Origin: Eledone cirrhosa
Taxonomy: Eukaryota
Direction of reading: 5' to 3'
DNA: 64,000 nucleotides
NCBI GenBank assembly: GCA_964016885.1
Contig: OZ024742.1
Span: 352,780,001-352,844,000 of the forward strand
Below, in pieces: positions 51,022-64,000 of this stretch. A program made the position numbers and the translations under genes. The notes beneath the pieces were generated by a model. The model did no database searches. It was not told the origin of the DNA and worked only from the letters and a program-made list of their open reading frames with translations. Numbering within the stretch: the first letter of the stretch is position 1; every line of letters begins with the position of its first letter.

Positions 51022-54000
51022 GATTTCTTTATTAACCACAAGGGTTTACATAAAGTAGATATTAAGGACAGTGCAGGACAATACAGGACGGTACAAAGGG
51101 GCATTTCTGCGTGTAAAAAACAAAAAGAGAGGATGTAACAAAAAAATAACAATGAAATATTCCCTATTAGGGGGGAGACTTCGGAGGAACAATTGTGATA
51201 TATACTCAGAGTAGGCCCATTCACTCGGGCCATTCTTGCGTCTCTCACCCATCTTTCAACAAAATGCTGGGAAGAGAGCACTTCCCTCTCTACTCTGATT
51301 TTCCTTTTCAAATGAAATTTGAAAAAGTCAATCAGGGCATCACCGAAGAGGTAAGTGCTCGTCTTCAGCCCTTTTAAAGTGTCCACCATACTATCTCTTT
51401 CGCCATGGCCACCAGACAGATAAAAACTGCCTGCCCTTCCCGGCTAAAGAAGGAGGGCGGGGCAAAACCTCACGATGGACTCAGATGATAGCCAGATCCG
51501 TCCTACACGCGACAGCAGGTGTTCGACATAAACCCACAAGTCAGCAATTTTCGGACACTGGACGAGTGCGTGCAGGACGGTTTCGTCACCCTGCGCGCAT
51601 CTCGGACATGCCCGGATGACGGCACCTCCATGCCTGTAGACTTTATCCCGAACTGGCTAGGCTCCTCGGTAGCACTGCCAGGCCAGAGATTTCTGAAAGT
51701 TGTCCATAGGCCATGGCCCGAAAGTCCTTCCGAAGAGATTGGCCAGTTGATTTTAGTCGACGCCTAGAGTTTCCCCAAGTACGTCGTCGCTCTTCCCCTC
51801 CACTAATCCTCTATAGAACGCCAAGGTGGAGTTCCACCAATCACATTGCCCGATTGGTGGAGGGCTGTGAGCGCCTGAAGACATTCCAGTCTCCGGGCGA
51901 TCCGTCTCGGTCTTGGCTTGACCCAGGACTGCAGCTCCGTCAAGGAAACGAGCTGGGGAAAGACGTGTCTAGCAAACGGCGACCACACCTGATCACCGTC
52001 GAGGAAGAGGTGGAGATATCGTAGTCTGAGCGCGTGCCTGCGCATCATCAGCCACGGCATGCCCAGCCCTCCGCGTAGCGGGTGTTGACAACAGATGGAC
52101 CGCCTGACCATCGGAGCGCGTCCCTTCCACAAAAAGGGAAAGAGCAAACGATCCAGCGCAGTCAGGCGAGGCTTAGGATAAGGTACGACGGTCAGGCGGT
52201 AGCAGATGACAGACGCGATGTACGCGTTAGCCACCTCCGCTCGACCTTTCAGGGATAGCTTCCTCTCCGCCCATTTCTGGGTGAGAGAAGCCACCCTTGT
52301 CGTCACCTCGTCCCAGTTTTTGTCCGTCTGGAGGTCCGGACCGAACCAGACCCCTAACAATTTAACCGGTCCGTCCGTCGAGAGTCCGACGATGCTGTTG
52401 GACGGCATGGACCTGCCTCTCCAAGTGCCGAGCTGCAGGCACACTAACTTTTCCTGGTTGACCATTGCTCCTGTCACCGCTTCGTATTCTCTTAGTGTAG
52501 TGCGATCGCCTCGATGTGTTTGGCGTTCGACACCACTACGGTGACATCGTCCGCATACGCTAACACGGATCTTTCGCATCCTAGTTCGCGCGGGACGCCC
52601 TTCAACGTCTCCAGTTTGTGCAGTAATGGCTCGAGAGTCAATACGTACAAGAGGGACGAGAGGGGACATCCTTGGCGGACCGAGCGCATGATGTTGAACG
52701 GTTCCGAAAGGTGACCGTTCACTCTCACCACAGAGAAGTTGTCGCTGTGCATGGCAGTGATCCAGCCTCTGAAGACGGGCCCAAAGCCAGCCGCCCTCAG
52801 GACTGCCGCTAGTTAACGATGGTCGACCCTATCGAAAGCTTTCGACTGATCTAAATTGATCAAGTACCCACCCGTTCCAGGTTCCCTAGCTACCCTCTCT
52901 ACGATGTATCGTATGAGGTGGAGGTTGTCTTGGATGGATCTGTCGTGAATGACGCATGTCTGCGCCTATCCCACCAGACCACCAACGACAATCGCCAACC
53001 TCTTTCCTAGCACCTTGGGCAAAATCTTGAACTCTGTGTTTAGCAGAGTTATGGGCCTGAAATTATCTATGTTATCCCCCTTGTTCGGATCCTTTCTCAG
53101 CAGTGCCACCGCTCCTCGGCTCACAGAACTGGGAATTCTCCCGTTCTGTTGCCAGTTGCAGTTGCCAAGAGGCCTCCGAACAAGTCTGGCATCTGTACGT
53201 AACGTTCATAGCGCAGACCATCCAAACCAGGCGATTTTCCCCTTGTGCAGCCAGTCATTGCCTCCCGTACTTCAGCGGCTGTTATCGGCTTTTCGCAACA
53301 CTCCGCCTCAGTGGCCGAGAGCCGCGGCAGTCCGTCGAAGTAGACACTAAAGTCCATCCCTCGACCCGGCGCACCGCTGTCCGCGAACAGCTGAGTGAAG
53401 TGTCGCTGAAAAGCTTCACACATTTGCCCGGGATCATGTAGCATGCGCCCTTCGTGGTCCACCAAAGACTGGATCGTGGCTTTGTTGTCACGACGCGCCT
53501 CCGCCACTCGGGCCCATTGAACGGCTTTCGTCCCCTCGTGTCTGAGAGCACGCACCCTAGCTCTGACAATGCAGCCTTCGTGCTTTGCATTGAAGAATTG
53601 GTCACGGGCCAATTTGGCCGGAAGCACGTCGGTTGCAATGCCTTTGCTAAGCGCCTCGTCTAATTTTCTAACTAGTTCTCCCTCTGCTCTATTTTTCTCT
53701 ATTGCTAAAGCCTAAACCTAATGGATTCTATTCTAATCGCTATTTTCAGAGCAAACCACCACTTGTTGTTGACGATGGCCCCCGTCAACGCCCGCTTAAC
53801 TAGTTCTCTAATCCGGTCTCTGTAGGCCATGCGCGCTGGTAAGGACGTGTTTAGCTTCCAGTAGCCGGGTCCTCGTCTATGAAGTCTATCTAAGTCAAGC
53901 ACACAGATCACGAATTTGTGGACCGTGTAGCTGACTATCTTGAATTGTGGACAGCCTATGATAGTCTTTCTCTACAAAATACTCTATCTAGATATGAACT

Positions 54001-56977
54001 AGATGACCCTATGAGATTTGTCCAAGTCCACATTGGCACATTCGGGAAATCCAATCGGTACCTGTCAGACAGTTCAATACGCCTGAGCAGGTTGGTGAGG
54101 CTCTTGCACCCTCCACCCCTATCCGCTAATCCCACACAGTCCAAGCGTGCATCTAAGATCCCGTTCCAGTCGCCCAATAACACTAAAGAGCGGGGCGTTC
54201 CAAGAAAGATCTCCAGACGCCGGAAGAGATCAGGCCGCCCTGCTCCTGTCGGGGCATAGACGGCCACTAGCCTGAAATATTTCCCGTCTCCGCTGGTCAC
54301 GTCCAGCACCACCAAATTACCCTCTGGGTCCAGGAAGATGGCCCGTATGGCGAGATCCAAACCTCTCCGAAAAAGCACAGCAACTCCCCCCCGATCCAGG
54401 ACGGCTGGGATATGCGTACACATCGTAGCCGCCGAAGATCGGAGCGAAGGCCCGTGCTTCGGCGATTCTGGTCCGCTGATGGCGCCTACATCTATGTTTA
54501 GTGACCTGAGGTCGTTGAGCAGGTGACCCTGCTTCCATGACGACCCCAAGCCACGCGCATTTATGCTGCCTATTCTGAGTGAGGTCATGTTTAAAATAGA
54601 GTGGAAAAGATGGGAAAGACCACTTACCGTACTTTTCGTAGAGGAGGGATAGTTTTTCAATCCCTTTTCACTTGATCGTCTGGTGAAGGGACAGTTGAAT
54701 CGTCCCTTCGGCTGGTCGTCGTCTCTTCTATGAGTATGTCCGAATATACTCTTCGGTTGAGTGTCCCTCCTAGGTCTCTAAACTGACCAACTGCGTCGGG
54801 GAATTTCGTTTTAACGTTTGTGTATTGTTTCTGTGCTATTTTTAGCAGTCTTATGTTAGTTGGCGTTTTGATTGGTGCTGGTATTATGTAGTCGTGTTGT
54901 GAAATGTCTGTGTTCAATTATGTAAGTCATTAGTTTGTATTTATTGCCGTGCATTTGTTTTTCTGGGGACCGGGTGTGGTTCTGCTATTTTCTTGTCGTT
55001 GTTGCTGGGTGTGTGTGTTTTGTTGTTGTGTTTGCGATGTTGGTGCTTGTGTTGGTGGTGTTGAAGGTGTTGTTTGCGGTGGGGTTGTCGCCGGTGGTGA
55101 TGGTGGTGCTAGTGTGGGTTGTGATGGTGTTGGTGGTGTTGCTGCTGTCAGTCTCTTTGCAGTAGCCTTTACCCTTTTTTCATTTCTTTCCTCCCTTTTC
55201 AAAGGCGACGATGCGCTGCTTCTGCGTTTGTGCCTTCTTGCGACCTTTTGCCATCCCTCTCCCACCTCACACTCCATGTCCGATTCTGTGAGGTCGGGGA
55301 GGGGTACCAGCTCCACTCTTTCACTTGTTGTTGTTGGTGATGTTTGCACTGGAGTCTCTGTTGCAGCTGCATTTGGTATTACTGTTGTTGTTGTTAATAC
55401 TTCCACTGCTGCTGCTGTTTTTGATTTCTGTGGCGTGGGTATGGGTGCCACGGACCTATCGCTCATGGTTGCCGCTTGTCCTGTTGCTGGTAGCCGTGGA
55501 GCCGGTTTCGGAAGGCGGGGTTTTTCACCTTTCTCAGGGTCTTCTCGTTGCAGAATGCCCTGAGGTGAGTCTTCGATCCACAGCGAAAGCATTTCGGGCG
55601 TTTGCCCTCAACACATATGGGCAGTTGAGTGCCGTTATGCCGTTATCGAAGTCTATCACATCCGGGATAGCTTTGATGCACTCCTGGTTGGTTTGGATTA
55701 ACATCTCAATGGAGGTGCCGACCCAATCTTCTCTTACTTTTTTCTGTACTTGCAGTACAGTTGTTTTGTCCTCGATTCCGACGAGGACACACGCGGCCAG
55801 CAAAGAAGGGGCCATCCCGGAGGGGGACGTGGGTCAGTTTGACCCTCACAAAGTTTTGCCCGCCGTAGGAGGGCACCAACACCATTTCCTCGCTCCTTAG
55901 GGTCACTAACGATTGAGCCTTTGCCTCCTGGGGTGTGGCAAAAATACGTCTACGGTGGCATATATCTTGCCTCGGGTGATGTGCGTTTTCCGCTGCCACA
56001 CAGACCCCAAGGCTTTTTGTATTTGAGCCTCTGTGGCTCTTTCAACCCTACGGGATGTTGTACTTACTGTACGGTACGTGACTGTACAGTGCTGTTGGGT
56101 TTCGAAAAATGTTTCCGCTGCCTTGCAGATTGCTCGGTGTCCGGTTTTTGACACCATCTTCTTCGCTTCCTCTAATTCCTCATTTGTTATGAGGATGGTT
56201 TTCAGGTTCTTTGCGATACCTGCAAACGAGGTTGGCTTTTCTTTGCTGGTGTTGTTGTTGTTGTTGTTGTTGTTGTCGTCAGAGCTGCTGTTACTTTTGT
56301 TGTTGCTGCAGGTATTACGAGTACTGCCGCCGCCGCTGTTGCTGTGGTTGTTGTTGTTGTTGTTGTTGCTGCTGCTGCTGTTGTTGTTGCTGCTAATGTT
56401 GTTGTTGTTTATGCTGCTGATGATGCTGTTGCGGCTGCTACTGTTGTTTTCCTTGTCAATGTTGCTGCTGTTATTACGGCTGCTAGTGCTATTATTCCTG
56501 ACGTCAGACGAATGAAATGGGTTTTCGTATTCCCCGCACACCTTTTTCGTCGTTTTCGTCGTCGTCGTCGTGTAGAAATATTGCTCGCTTTGCACGTGAT
56601 TTGTCTTTTCTGGCGTCGCTTGCGAAAGAGAAGGGAGGGAGAGAGACATATTTGGAGAAGGGAGGGAGAGAGACAATCTTCTCTCTGCTGTAGTGACGAT
56701 TGAGGAAGAAGAAGACGGAATGAGTGGGAGTGACCTATGAAAATTCTTTTTCGTAGCCATGTTGTTTTTTTTGTTTAAAATAAATATTGGGCACACAACC
56801 CCAATAAGCAGTTATTTAACCCCGAAAGGCCAAATAACGGACAGAAAGACCCCTCCCACGAGGAGGAGGGTGTCTTTTGTCTACAAGTTTGTTAAAGTTT
56901 TAAACAATTTACAATTGTTATAGCGTTCACAATTTAGAATACCTTACAGAGCCGAGCCTCCGTCAACCATAGCATTC
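51000..56977 (-). mobile_element. Tx1-like retrotransposon, full length, copy B (more decayed)
   Basis: Collinear with copy A; same 5' terminus gaatgctatggttgacggaggctcgg followed by (AAT)n; multiple frameshifts. Confidence 0.93.
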
Positions 56978-57007
56978 AACAATAATAATAATAATAATAA
57001 TAATAAT

Positions 57008-57167
57008 ATAAGTACATCACAAGTCTAAACACTAAAGATGCATGTGTGAGTATGTATGTTCTTTCTTGAACATGGCGGACCTTGTTGTCTCTTGAGGTCA
57101 CTGGTTGTGACTTGGTGATAACTCGTATGAACATAAAGCAAGATAAATGCAGCTGTACTATTACTAC

Positions 57168-57210
<43 letters not shown>
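57008..57210 (+). mobile_element. Probable R4/Dong 3'-UTR stub with (TAA)n tail
   Basis: gtctcttgaggtcactggttgtgacttgg resembles Dong/R4 3' UTRs (cf. tgaggctgcaggtattggcttg in the local family); lies between two TAA tracts. Confidence 0.5.
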
Positions 57211-57212
<2 letters not shown>

Positions 57213-60200
57213 TTACATTTATTAGCCACAAGGGCCGACATGTAGGGGACAATACAAATACAGGGACAGTGGGGGTTTACAATAAGGTCAGTAAATGTGC
57301 ACAATGGCAAGACTAATTTAACATTGAAAATATAAAAATATAAAATAAACTATGCATAAATATAACAAAATGAATTCCCCGATATGGGGTAGACGACTCT
57401 GGGGTGATTCGGGTACCCCACCAATCCTGAACCACCCTGCGCTTCTAGGGTACCCAGGGAGAGAACCCCTCTCCTCAAGTTAGCCAGCCAATAGGCGCAT
57501 GGTCAGAGAAGGCCCATTCACACGAGCCTTTCTCGCCACATTCACCCACCTTTTAGCAAATGTACTGGGGGGCAGCACTTCTCTATCCACCCTCACCCTC
57601 CTTTCAAGGTGAAACTTGAAGAAGTTGATGAGGGATTGCCCGAAGAGAAAAGTGTTTGTCTTTAGTCCTTTCAACCTGGTCCACCATATAATCTCTTTCG
57701 AACTGCCACCAGACAGAGGAAATTTTCCTATTCTTCCTGACCTAAGGAAGATGGCGGCTCGATCTTCACTATGGACTCGGCCAATAGCCGGATTTGTTCC
57801 ACACGCGACAGTAGCTGTTCGACATAACTCCACAAGTCGGTAATGCACGGACATTGGACAAGTGCGTGCAGAACGGTTTCGTCGTTCTGTGCGCATCTTG
57901 GGCAGGTCCGTCTGACAGCACTTCCGTGCCTGTAGATTTTATCCCGAACCGGCAGTGCCCCCCAGTAGCACTGCCAAGCGAGGGATTTCTGGAAATTGTC
58001 CATCGTCCCCGGCTCAAAAGTCCTCCGGTACAGACTGGTCAGTTCGACTTCGTCGAGGCCCAAAGCTTCTCCGAGTGTGTCATCTCACCTGCCGACCACT
58101 AATCCTCTATAGAACTCGAGAGTGGAAGTTCCACTGATCGCATTGCCCGCTTGGTAGAGGGCAATGAGTGCTTGGCAACATTTCAGGTGCCAGTCACCCA
58201 GTCTCGGTCTCTTTTTCACCCGGGACTTCAGCTCAGTCAAAGAGACGAGCTGCGGAAAAGCCCATCTGATAAACGGCGACCACACCTGTTCACCGTTTAG
58301 GCAGAATATTTGGAGATGTCGGAGCCTCAACGCATGTCTGCGCAACATTAGCCATTACATGCCCAGCTCTCCGCGTAGAGGGTGCTGCCAGCAGATGGAC
58401 CGCTTCACCAACGGAACTTGTCCCCTCCACAATAATTGGAAGAGGAGCCGTTCCAAATTGACGAGGCGCGGACGGGGGTAAGGCACGGCAGTCAGGCGGT
58501 AGTAGCTGACGGACGCAATGTACGCATTCGCCACCTCCGCGCGACCTTTTAGTGATAGCTTTCTCTCAGCCCATTTTGAGGTGAGACTGGCTACTCTGCT
58601 TGTTACCTCGTCCCAAATATTTGCCAACTGACGGTCTGGTCCGAACCAAACCCCGAGCAACTTTACCGGTCCGTCCGTCCAGGGCTCCGCGACGCTGTGG
58701 ACGGCATAGGCTTGCCTCTCCAGGTTCCGAAATGCAAGCCCACCGACTTTTCCGGGTTAAGTTTCATATTCCTTCAATAAGGTGCCGACCACGTCGATTT
58801 CTGAGGTGTTCGACACCATTACAGTGATGTCGTCCGCATAAGCCGACACCACCTTTCCACGTCCCGATTTGAGTGGGATGCCCTGCAACAGCTCCAGCTT
58901 TCGCAGTAAAGGCTAGAGAGTCAATACGTATAGAAGTGAAGAGAGAAGGCACCTTTGACGGACCGAACGGGAGAGCCGAAATGGTTCCGAGAGGTGGCTA
59001 TTCAGCTTGACCACCGGGCCTTTGCCGCTGTGCATTGCAGCGATCCAGCTTCTGGAGACAGGGTCGAATCCAGCTGCTTTGAGTACAAATTCCAAATACC
59101 GATGATCGACCCTATCGAATGCTTTCGATTGATCTTAATTGATCAGTGCCCCACCGAAGCCAGGTTTAGACTCTACCCTCTCTATGATTTATCGGATGAT
59201 GTGGAGATTGTCGTGTATGGACCTGGCTGGGATTGCGCAAGTTTGCGTCTCCCCAAGAAAATCCTCGACGACAAGCGCCAATCTCTTTGCTAACACCTTG
59301 GCCAAAATCTTAAACTCTGTGTTCATCAGAGTTATGTGACTGAAGTTGTCTAATAGATCCCTCTTGTTCTCGTCTTTCCTTCAGAACTGGGAATACTCCC
59401 ATTCTGCTGCCAGTTGCAGTAGAGTGCTTCGAGGAGATCGGAGAACAAGTCTGGCATATATACGTAAAGCTCGTAAGCAGGCCATCCAAACTGGGTGACT
59501 TGCGCCTCATGCAGCCGACAAGGTCGTCCTGAAATTCGGCTGAAGCAATCGGCCTTTCGCAGCGCTCAGCGTCAACCGTTGAGATGCGCGGCACCCCCTC
59601 AAGGTAGGGACTGAAATCCGCTAATCTCTCTGACTCAATGCTCTCCCCGAATAACCGAGCAAAGTGCTGGCGAAAGGTCTCACACATCTGCTTGGAATCG
59701 TTTATCTCGTGTCCGTCTCGGTCCGCCAAAGACCGAGTTGTGGTTTTATTACCACGCTGCGCCTCCGCCACGCGGGCCCATCGAGCAGCTTTGGCTCACT
59801 CGTTTCTCAGCGCACGCGCCTTAGCTCTGACATTGCAACCTTCGTGTTTTGCATTAAATAAATGGTCTAATGCCATTCTAGCCGAAGCACGTCAGTTGCA
59901 ATGCCACTACAAATAGCCTCTTCTAACTTATCTACCAGCACCTCCTTTCTATGTTTCTCTAACGCTAGTTCTTTGCTGAACTCTACCGAAGTTACTCTAA
60001 TGTCTCTTTTGAGAGCCCCCCATCATCTGTTGTTGATGATCGCCCCTGTCAACTTTTGCTTAACTAAATTGTTCACTCGGACCCGGTAAGCCTTACGTGC
60101 CGTAAATGACATGTTCAGCTTCCAGTAACCCGGTCCCAACCTACGCGTTTTATCTAGGTCGACAATACAGATCACAAATTTGTGATTTGTGACCATTTTA

Positions 60201-61959
60201 AAAAGTGGGCAGCCTACACTATTTATATCTATTATCCTAATGAAGATCCTGTCTATATACGAACTAGATGACCCTATTCGGTTGGTCCATGTCCATACTG
60301 GCACATTGGGGAAATCTAGTTGATACCTGTCAGACAGGTGGAACTAGCTGAGCAGGTGCTTGATGCTTTAGCACCCCCCGCTCCTATGAGCTACACCCAC
60401 ACAATCCCAGGGTGCGTCTAAAATGCCATTCCAGTCTCCCGCTAATTGTAAAGAGCGATACGTACCCAGAAAGGTCTCCAGCCGCCTAAAGAAGTCCTGT
60501 TGTCTGGCCCCTGTAGGGGCGTAGACGGCCAGCAGTCCAGAGGCACCACGTTCGCTACTGCTCACATCCAAGACTACCATCTTACCGTCCGGGTCCCGGA
60601 AGATCGATCTTACCTCGAGATCCAGTCCTTTCATAAACATCACTGCCACCCCACCTCCCATTCCCGGCCTGCTAACAAATGCGAAGATCTGATAGACGTC
60701 GAAAATGGGGAATAGTGGGCGCGTGTCGGAAATTCTGGTCTCACTGACGTCAATCACATCAATTTCCAGCGACCTGTGGTCGTTGAGCTCTCGACCCTGC
60801 TTCCAGGGTGACCCCAGGCCGCGAACATTTAAACTTGCTACTCTTAATATGGCCATGTTGGCAAGCTAAAAGAGGGATGGAAGGTTTACTTACCTCTCGG
60901 GGTCTTGTGAAGGTCGGGTGGCTCGACTTCCATGGTTGGTGGGGTTTCTTTTGGGAACCCTTTTTAAAGTCTCGATGTGGGTTTAACATTCGGGGTTCCC
61001 ACGTCTTGAGGAAAGCTCTCCCGAATTTCTTTGAAGGAATTGAGTGACATTCGGACCAGAAGTAAATCTTCTGGCACGCAAAATGTGCTCATTTTAAAGA
61101 TATCGCCCTCTGTTTCATTTGTCCTCGCTTCGTGCTAAGAGGGCCATCAGTTTATCGTTGGCCCTACTGACAAGCACGAAATTTTAAACATTTTGTTGGT
61201 GTTGTTTTATTTGTTTTCGTTTTGGTGACTGTGGTGGCGATGGTTTGGGTGGTGTTGTTTCGGGTATGTCTGTGTTTGTTGTAGGTGTGGTGTCTGCAAT
61301 TTCAGTTATTTGTGTGGTTATTTGTACTTGTGTTTGTTTAGGTTGTTTTCGTTTCGAGGAGTGTGGGAGTGGTGTCGATGTTGCTCTTGGTGCTGATGTT
61401 ATCGGGGAAGTGTTTGCGTTAGTGCTCTCTATTTTTTTGTTGTGTATGTTTTTGTGTTTTGTTGGGGCTTTATTTGGTGAGTTTTCTCTGTTTTTTGCAC
61501 TTTTGTGTTTTCTTTATCTTCGCGGCTGGAAGACAAAGGGTCTGTGGCTGTGACTGTCTCTGTGTCTGTGTGTGCGTTTATTGTTTTGTCTATGTGTATA
61601 ATTGGGGGGGGGGTAGGGGGAGTGGGAGAGCTTTCCTCGTTTTTTCATTGGATTGATTTCGGTGTCGGTGGTGGTCCGGCTGTTTTTGATTTTGGTGTGC
61701 GTGTCTTTGTTGGTGTTGTTTTTGGTGGTGCTGGTGCAGCTTTCTGTGCTGCCACTGGCGTTGGCAGCAAAGGAGGTTTGCGATTCCCTGCATTTTTGCG
61801 CTGAGGGCAGAGGCTTGCAGATGCGTTGCAGAATCGCCAAATCCATTCCGGACCAGTCTTTCTCTCTCTGTCCTTGTGATATCCAGGAGGGTAGTGTCTG
61901 TCACCTCCTCGATTACACATCCCATGAGCCACCATATGTTCATTCCTGGTGGGATGCTG
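57170..61959 (-). mobile_element. Second Tx1-like family, 5'-truncated within ORF1, decayed
   Basis: MAILRVASLNVRGL..LAGDWN (APE), RT remnants, CPRCAQNDETVLHALVQC; ORF1 remnant IPPGMNIWWLMGCV homologous to VPPGMTPSWLGASV; TAA tracts at both ends. Confidence 0.88.
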
Positions 61960-61986
<27 letters not shown>

Positions 61987-61990
<4 letters not shown>

Positions 61991-64000
61991 TCGAATGGAT
62001 GAAAATGAAAGAAACTGACATGGGGGAACGAGACACCCTCCCTAAGATCCAGAACTCCAAACAGAACCAAAAGATAATACACAAGACTAACATAATTCTC
62101 AAAAACATTATCATCACAAACAAACTAAACATTACTGACTTAAATCATCTCTATTATGCATCGGCTAAAGTCACCACTCACTTATGTGGAGTGAAGATGA
62201 AAAAACAAAGGAATTCCCACAAGAAATCTACTTGGCAAGATAACATCAATCGCCAAATAAACCTTCTCCGATCTGACATAGAAATTTTAACAAACTATAA
62301 AGTAGGTGAACATGTTAAACAAACTAAACTTAGAAAATTGAAAAAAAAGTACAGTATAAGATCAACATGTGACATAGACATGCTGATAGAAACAATCAAG
62401 CAAAAAGTGTCGGCCAAAGCTGCTCGTATAAGGCGCTTTGAAAAACGATCTAGATTCTATAAGGACAATAATATGTTCAAAAACAACCAAAGAAACTTCT
62501 ACAGAAAAATTGGTAAGTCAACAATAACTGCTAAATCAATACCACCCAAGGAGGAAGTGAAAGAATTCTGGGAAAAGATCTGGGCCGAAGAAAAAGTTCA
62601 TAACATACATGCCCCATGGATAGACAGACAAATGAAAGAAACAGCTCACCTTGAAGAACAAACATGGGAAAATATAACAGTTGAACAGCTGCGCTTGGCT
62701 CTAAGAAAAACCAGCAAATGGAAATCCCCAGGAAAAGACAAAATACAAAACTTTTGGATAAATGCCTTCACAGAGTCTCATGAGCTGTTGGCCCAACTTT
62801 ACAATGAAATAGTTAAGGAGCCAGAAAAGATACCATCATGGCTAGTTAACGGCATTACATTCCTGCTACCGAAGAATGATGAGACAAACAATCCCAAAAA
62901 TTACAGACCGATAACCTGCTTGACCACAATGTATAAAATTTTAACATCAGTCCTAACTGAATACACATATGACCACCTGATAACAAATGACCTATTTCCC
63001 ATTGAGCAGAAAGGGTGTAAACGAGGCTCATATGGCTGTAAGGATCAGCTTCTGGTTAACAAAATGATACTGGAAGATTGTCATAATAGACACAAAAATC
63101 TATCGATTGCTTGGATAGATTATAAAAAAGCATTTGATAGTTTGCCACACAGTTGGATTGAAAAATGTTTAGAGATTTTCAAAATATCCCCCGTTGTCAG
63201 GAGGTTTTTGTCATTCAGTATGAGGACATGGAGAACGACACTCCTTTTGAATAGTGAAACAAAATCACTGGAAGCTGGAGAAGTTAACATTAATTGTGGA
63301 ATTTTTCAGGGTGACTCTTTATCACCGCTTTTATTCTGCATCGCACTTATACCATTAAGTAAAATGCTCAATGAAACAAAACATGGATATAGAGTCTATG
63401 ACAAAACCATTAATCACCTGTTCTACATGGATGACCTGAAACTATTCGCAAAAAATGATGAACAATTGCAAGGGCTATTATCCACTGTGAAGCAGTTCAG
63501 TGATGACATTAAAATGGAGTTTGGACTGGATAAATGCGCCAAAGCAACGTTCACCAGAGGAAAGCTGCTGAAGAGTTCAGACATTAATCTTGATCGGGGG
63601 AACGTGATAAGAGAGCTTGATCAAGAACAAACTTACAAATATCTAGGTGTTTGTGAAGGAGACGGAATCAAGCACTCGACAATGAGGGAAAGGATAAGGA
63701 AGGAATGTTACCGCAGAGTCAGAGCAATCTTAAGAACGGAATTGAATGCAAGGAATAGGATCGATGCCATAAACACGCTTGCCATACCAGTAGTAACCTA
63801 CAGTTACAATGTCATCAACTGGTCAAGCACAGAGATCCGTAGGCTCGATACAAAAATCCGAAAATTCTTAACCATGCACAGAATGCATCACCCTAAGGCA
63901 GACATAGATAGAATATATCTCCCTAGGAAAGAAGGAGGACGTGGGTTAATCCAGTTAGACATTGCGTTGAAAACTGCAACAATTGGATTATCCACATATC
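61987..64000 (+). CDS. R4/Dong-clade reverse transcriptase ORF (second family), open for 671 codons to the window end
   Basis: Manual translation without stops: MIEWMKMKET...WKSPGKDKIQNFW..NYRPITCL..EQKGC..WIDYKKAFDSLPHSW..GIFQGDSLSP..HLFYMDDLK..YKYLG..PRKEGGRGL; absent from the ORF track because it has no stop in the window. Confidence 0.9.

Overview
AT-rich, repeat-saturated eukaryotic DNA. The tRNA-derived SINE family present in about 12 copies looks like the abundant octopod SINE, so a cephalopod (octopus-like) genome is inferred. No intact host gene, rRNA/tRNA gene or CRISPR array is visible, and most short ORFs in the track are microsatellite or antisense artefacts. Contents: (i) about seven Penelope-like elements (PLEs) or stubs, many with inverted or fold-back pseudo-LTRs and minimal hammerhead-ribozyme cores, two with an unusually long (~100 nt) helix II; (ii) R4/Dong-clade RLE retrotransposons at 29.9-34.8 kb; (iii) a >19 kb train (44.6 kb to window end) in which minus-strand Tx1-like L1 elements strictly alternate with plus-strand R4/Dong pieces, every junction being (TAA)n, and ending in an uninterrupted 671-codon Dong ORF missed by the ORF track; (iv) a Tc1 relic, a non-autonomous Helitron, RTE and CRE-like fragments and a 59-bp minisatellite; (v) in much of the 'unique' DNA between repeats, heavily decayed plus-strand immunoglobulin-domain (V-, C2- and I-set-like) coding remnants, suggesting a fossil tandem cluster of nephrin/Siglec-like IgSF genes. 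The Ig calls come from manual translation across stops and frameshifts and need profile-search confirmation.
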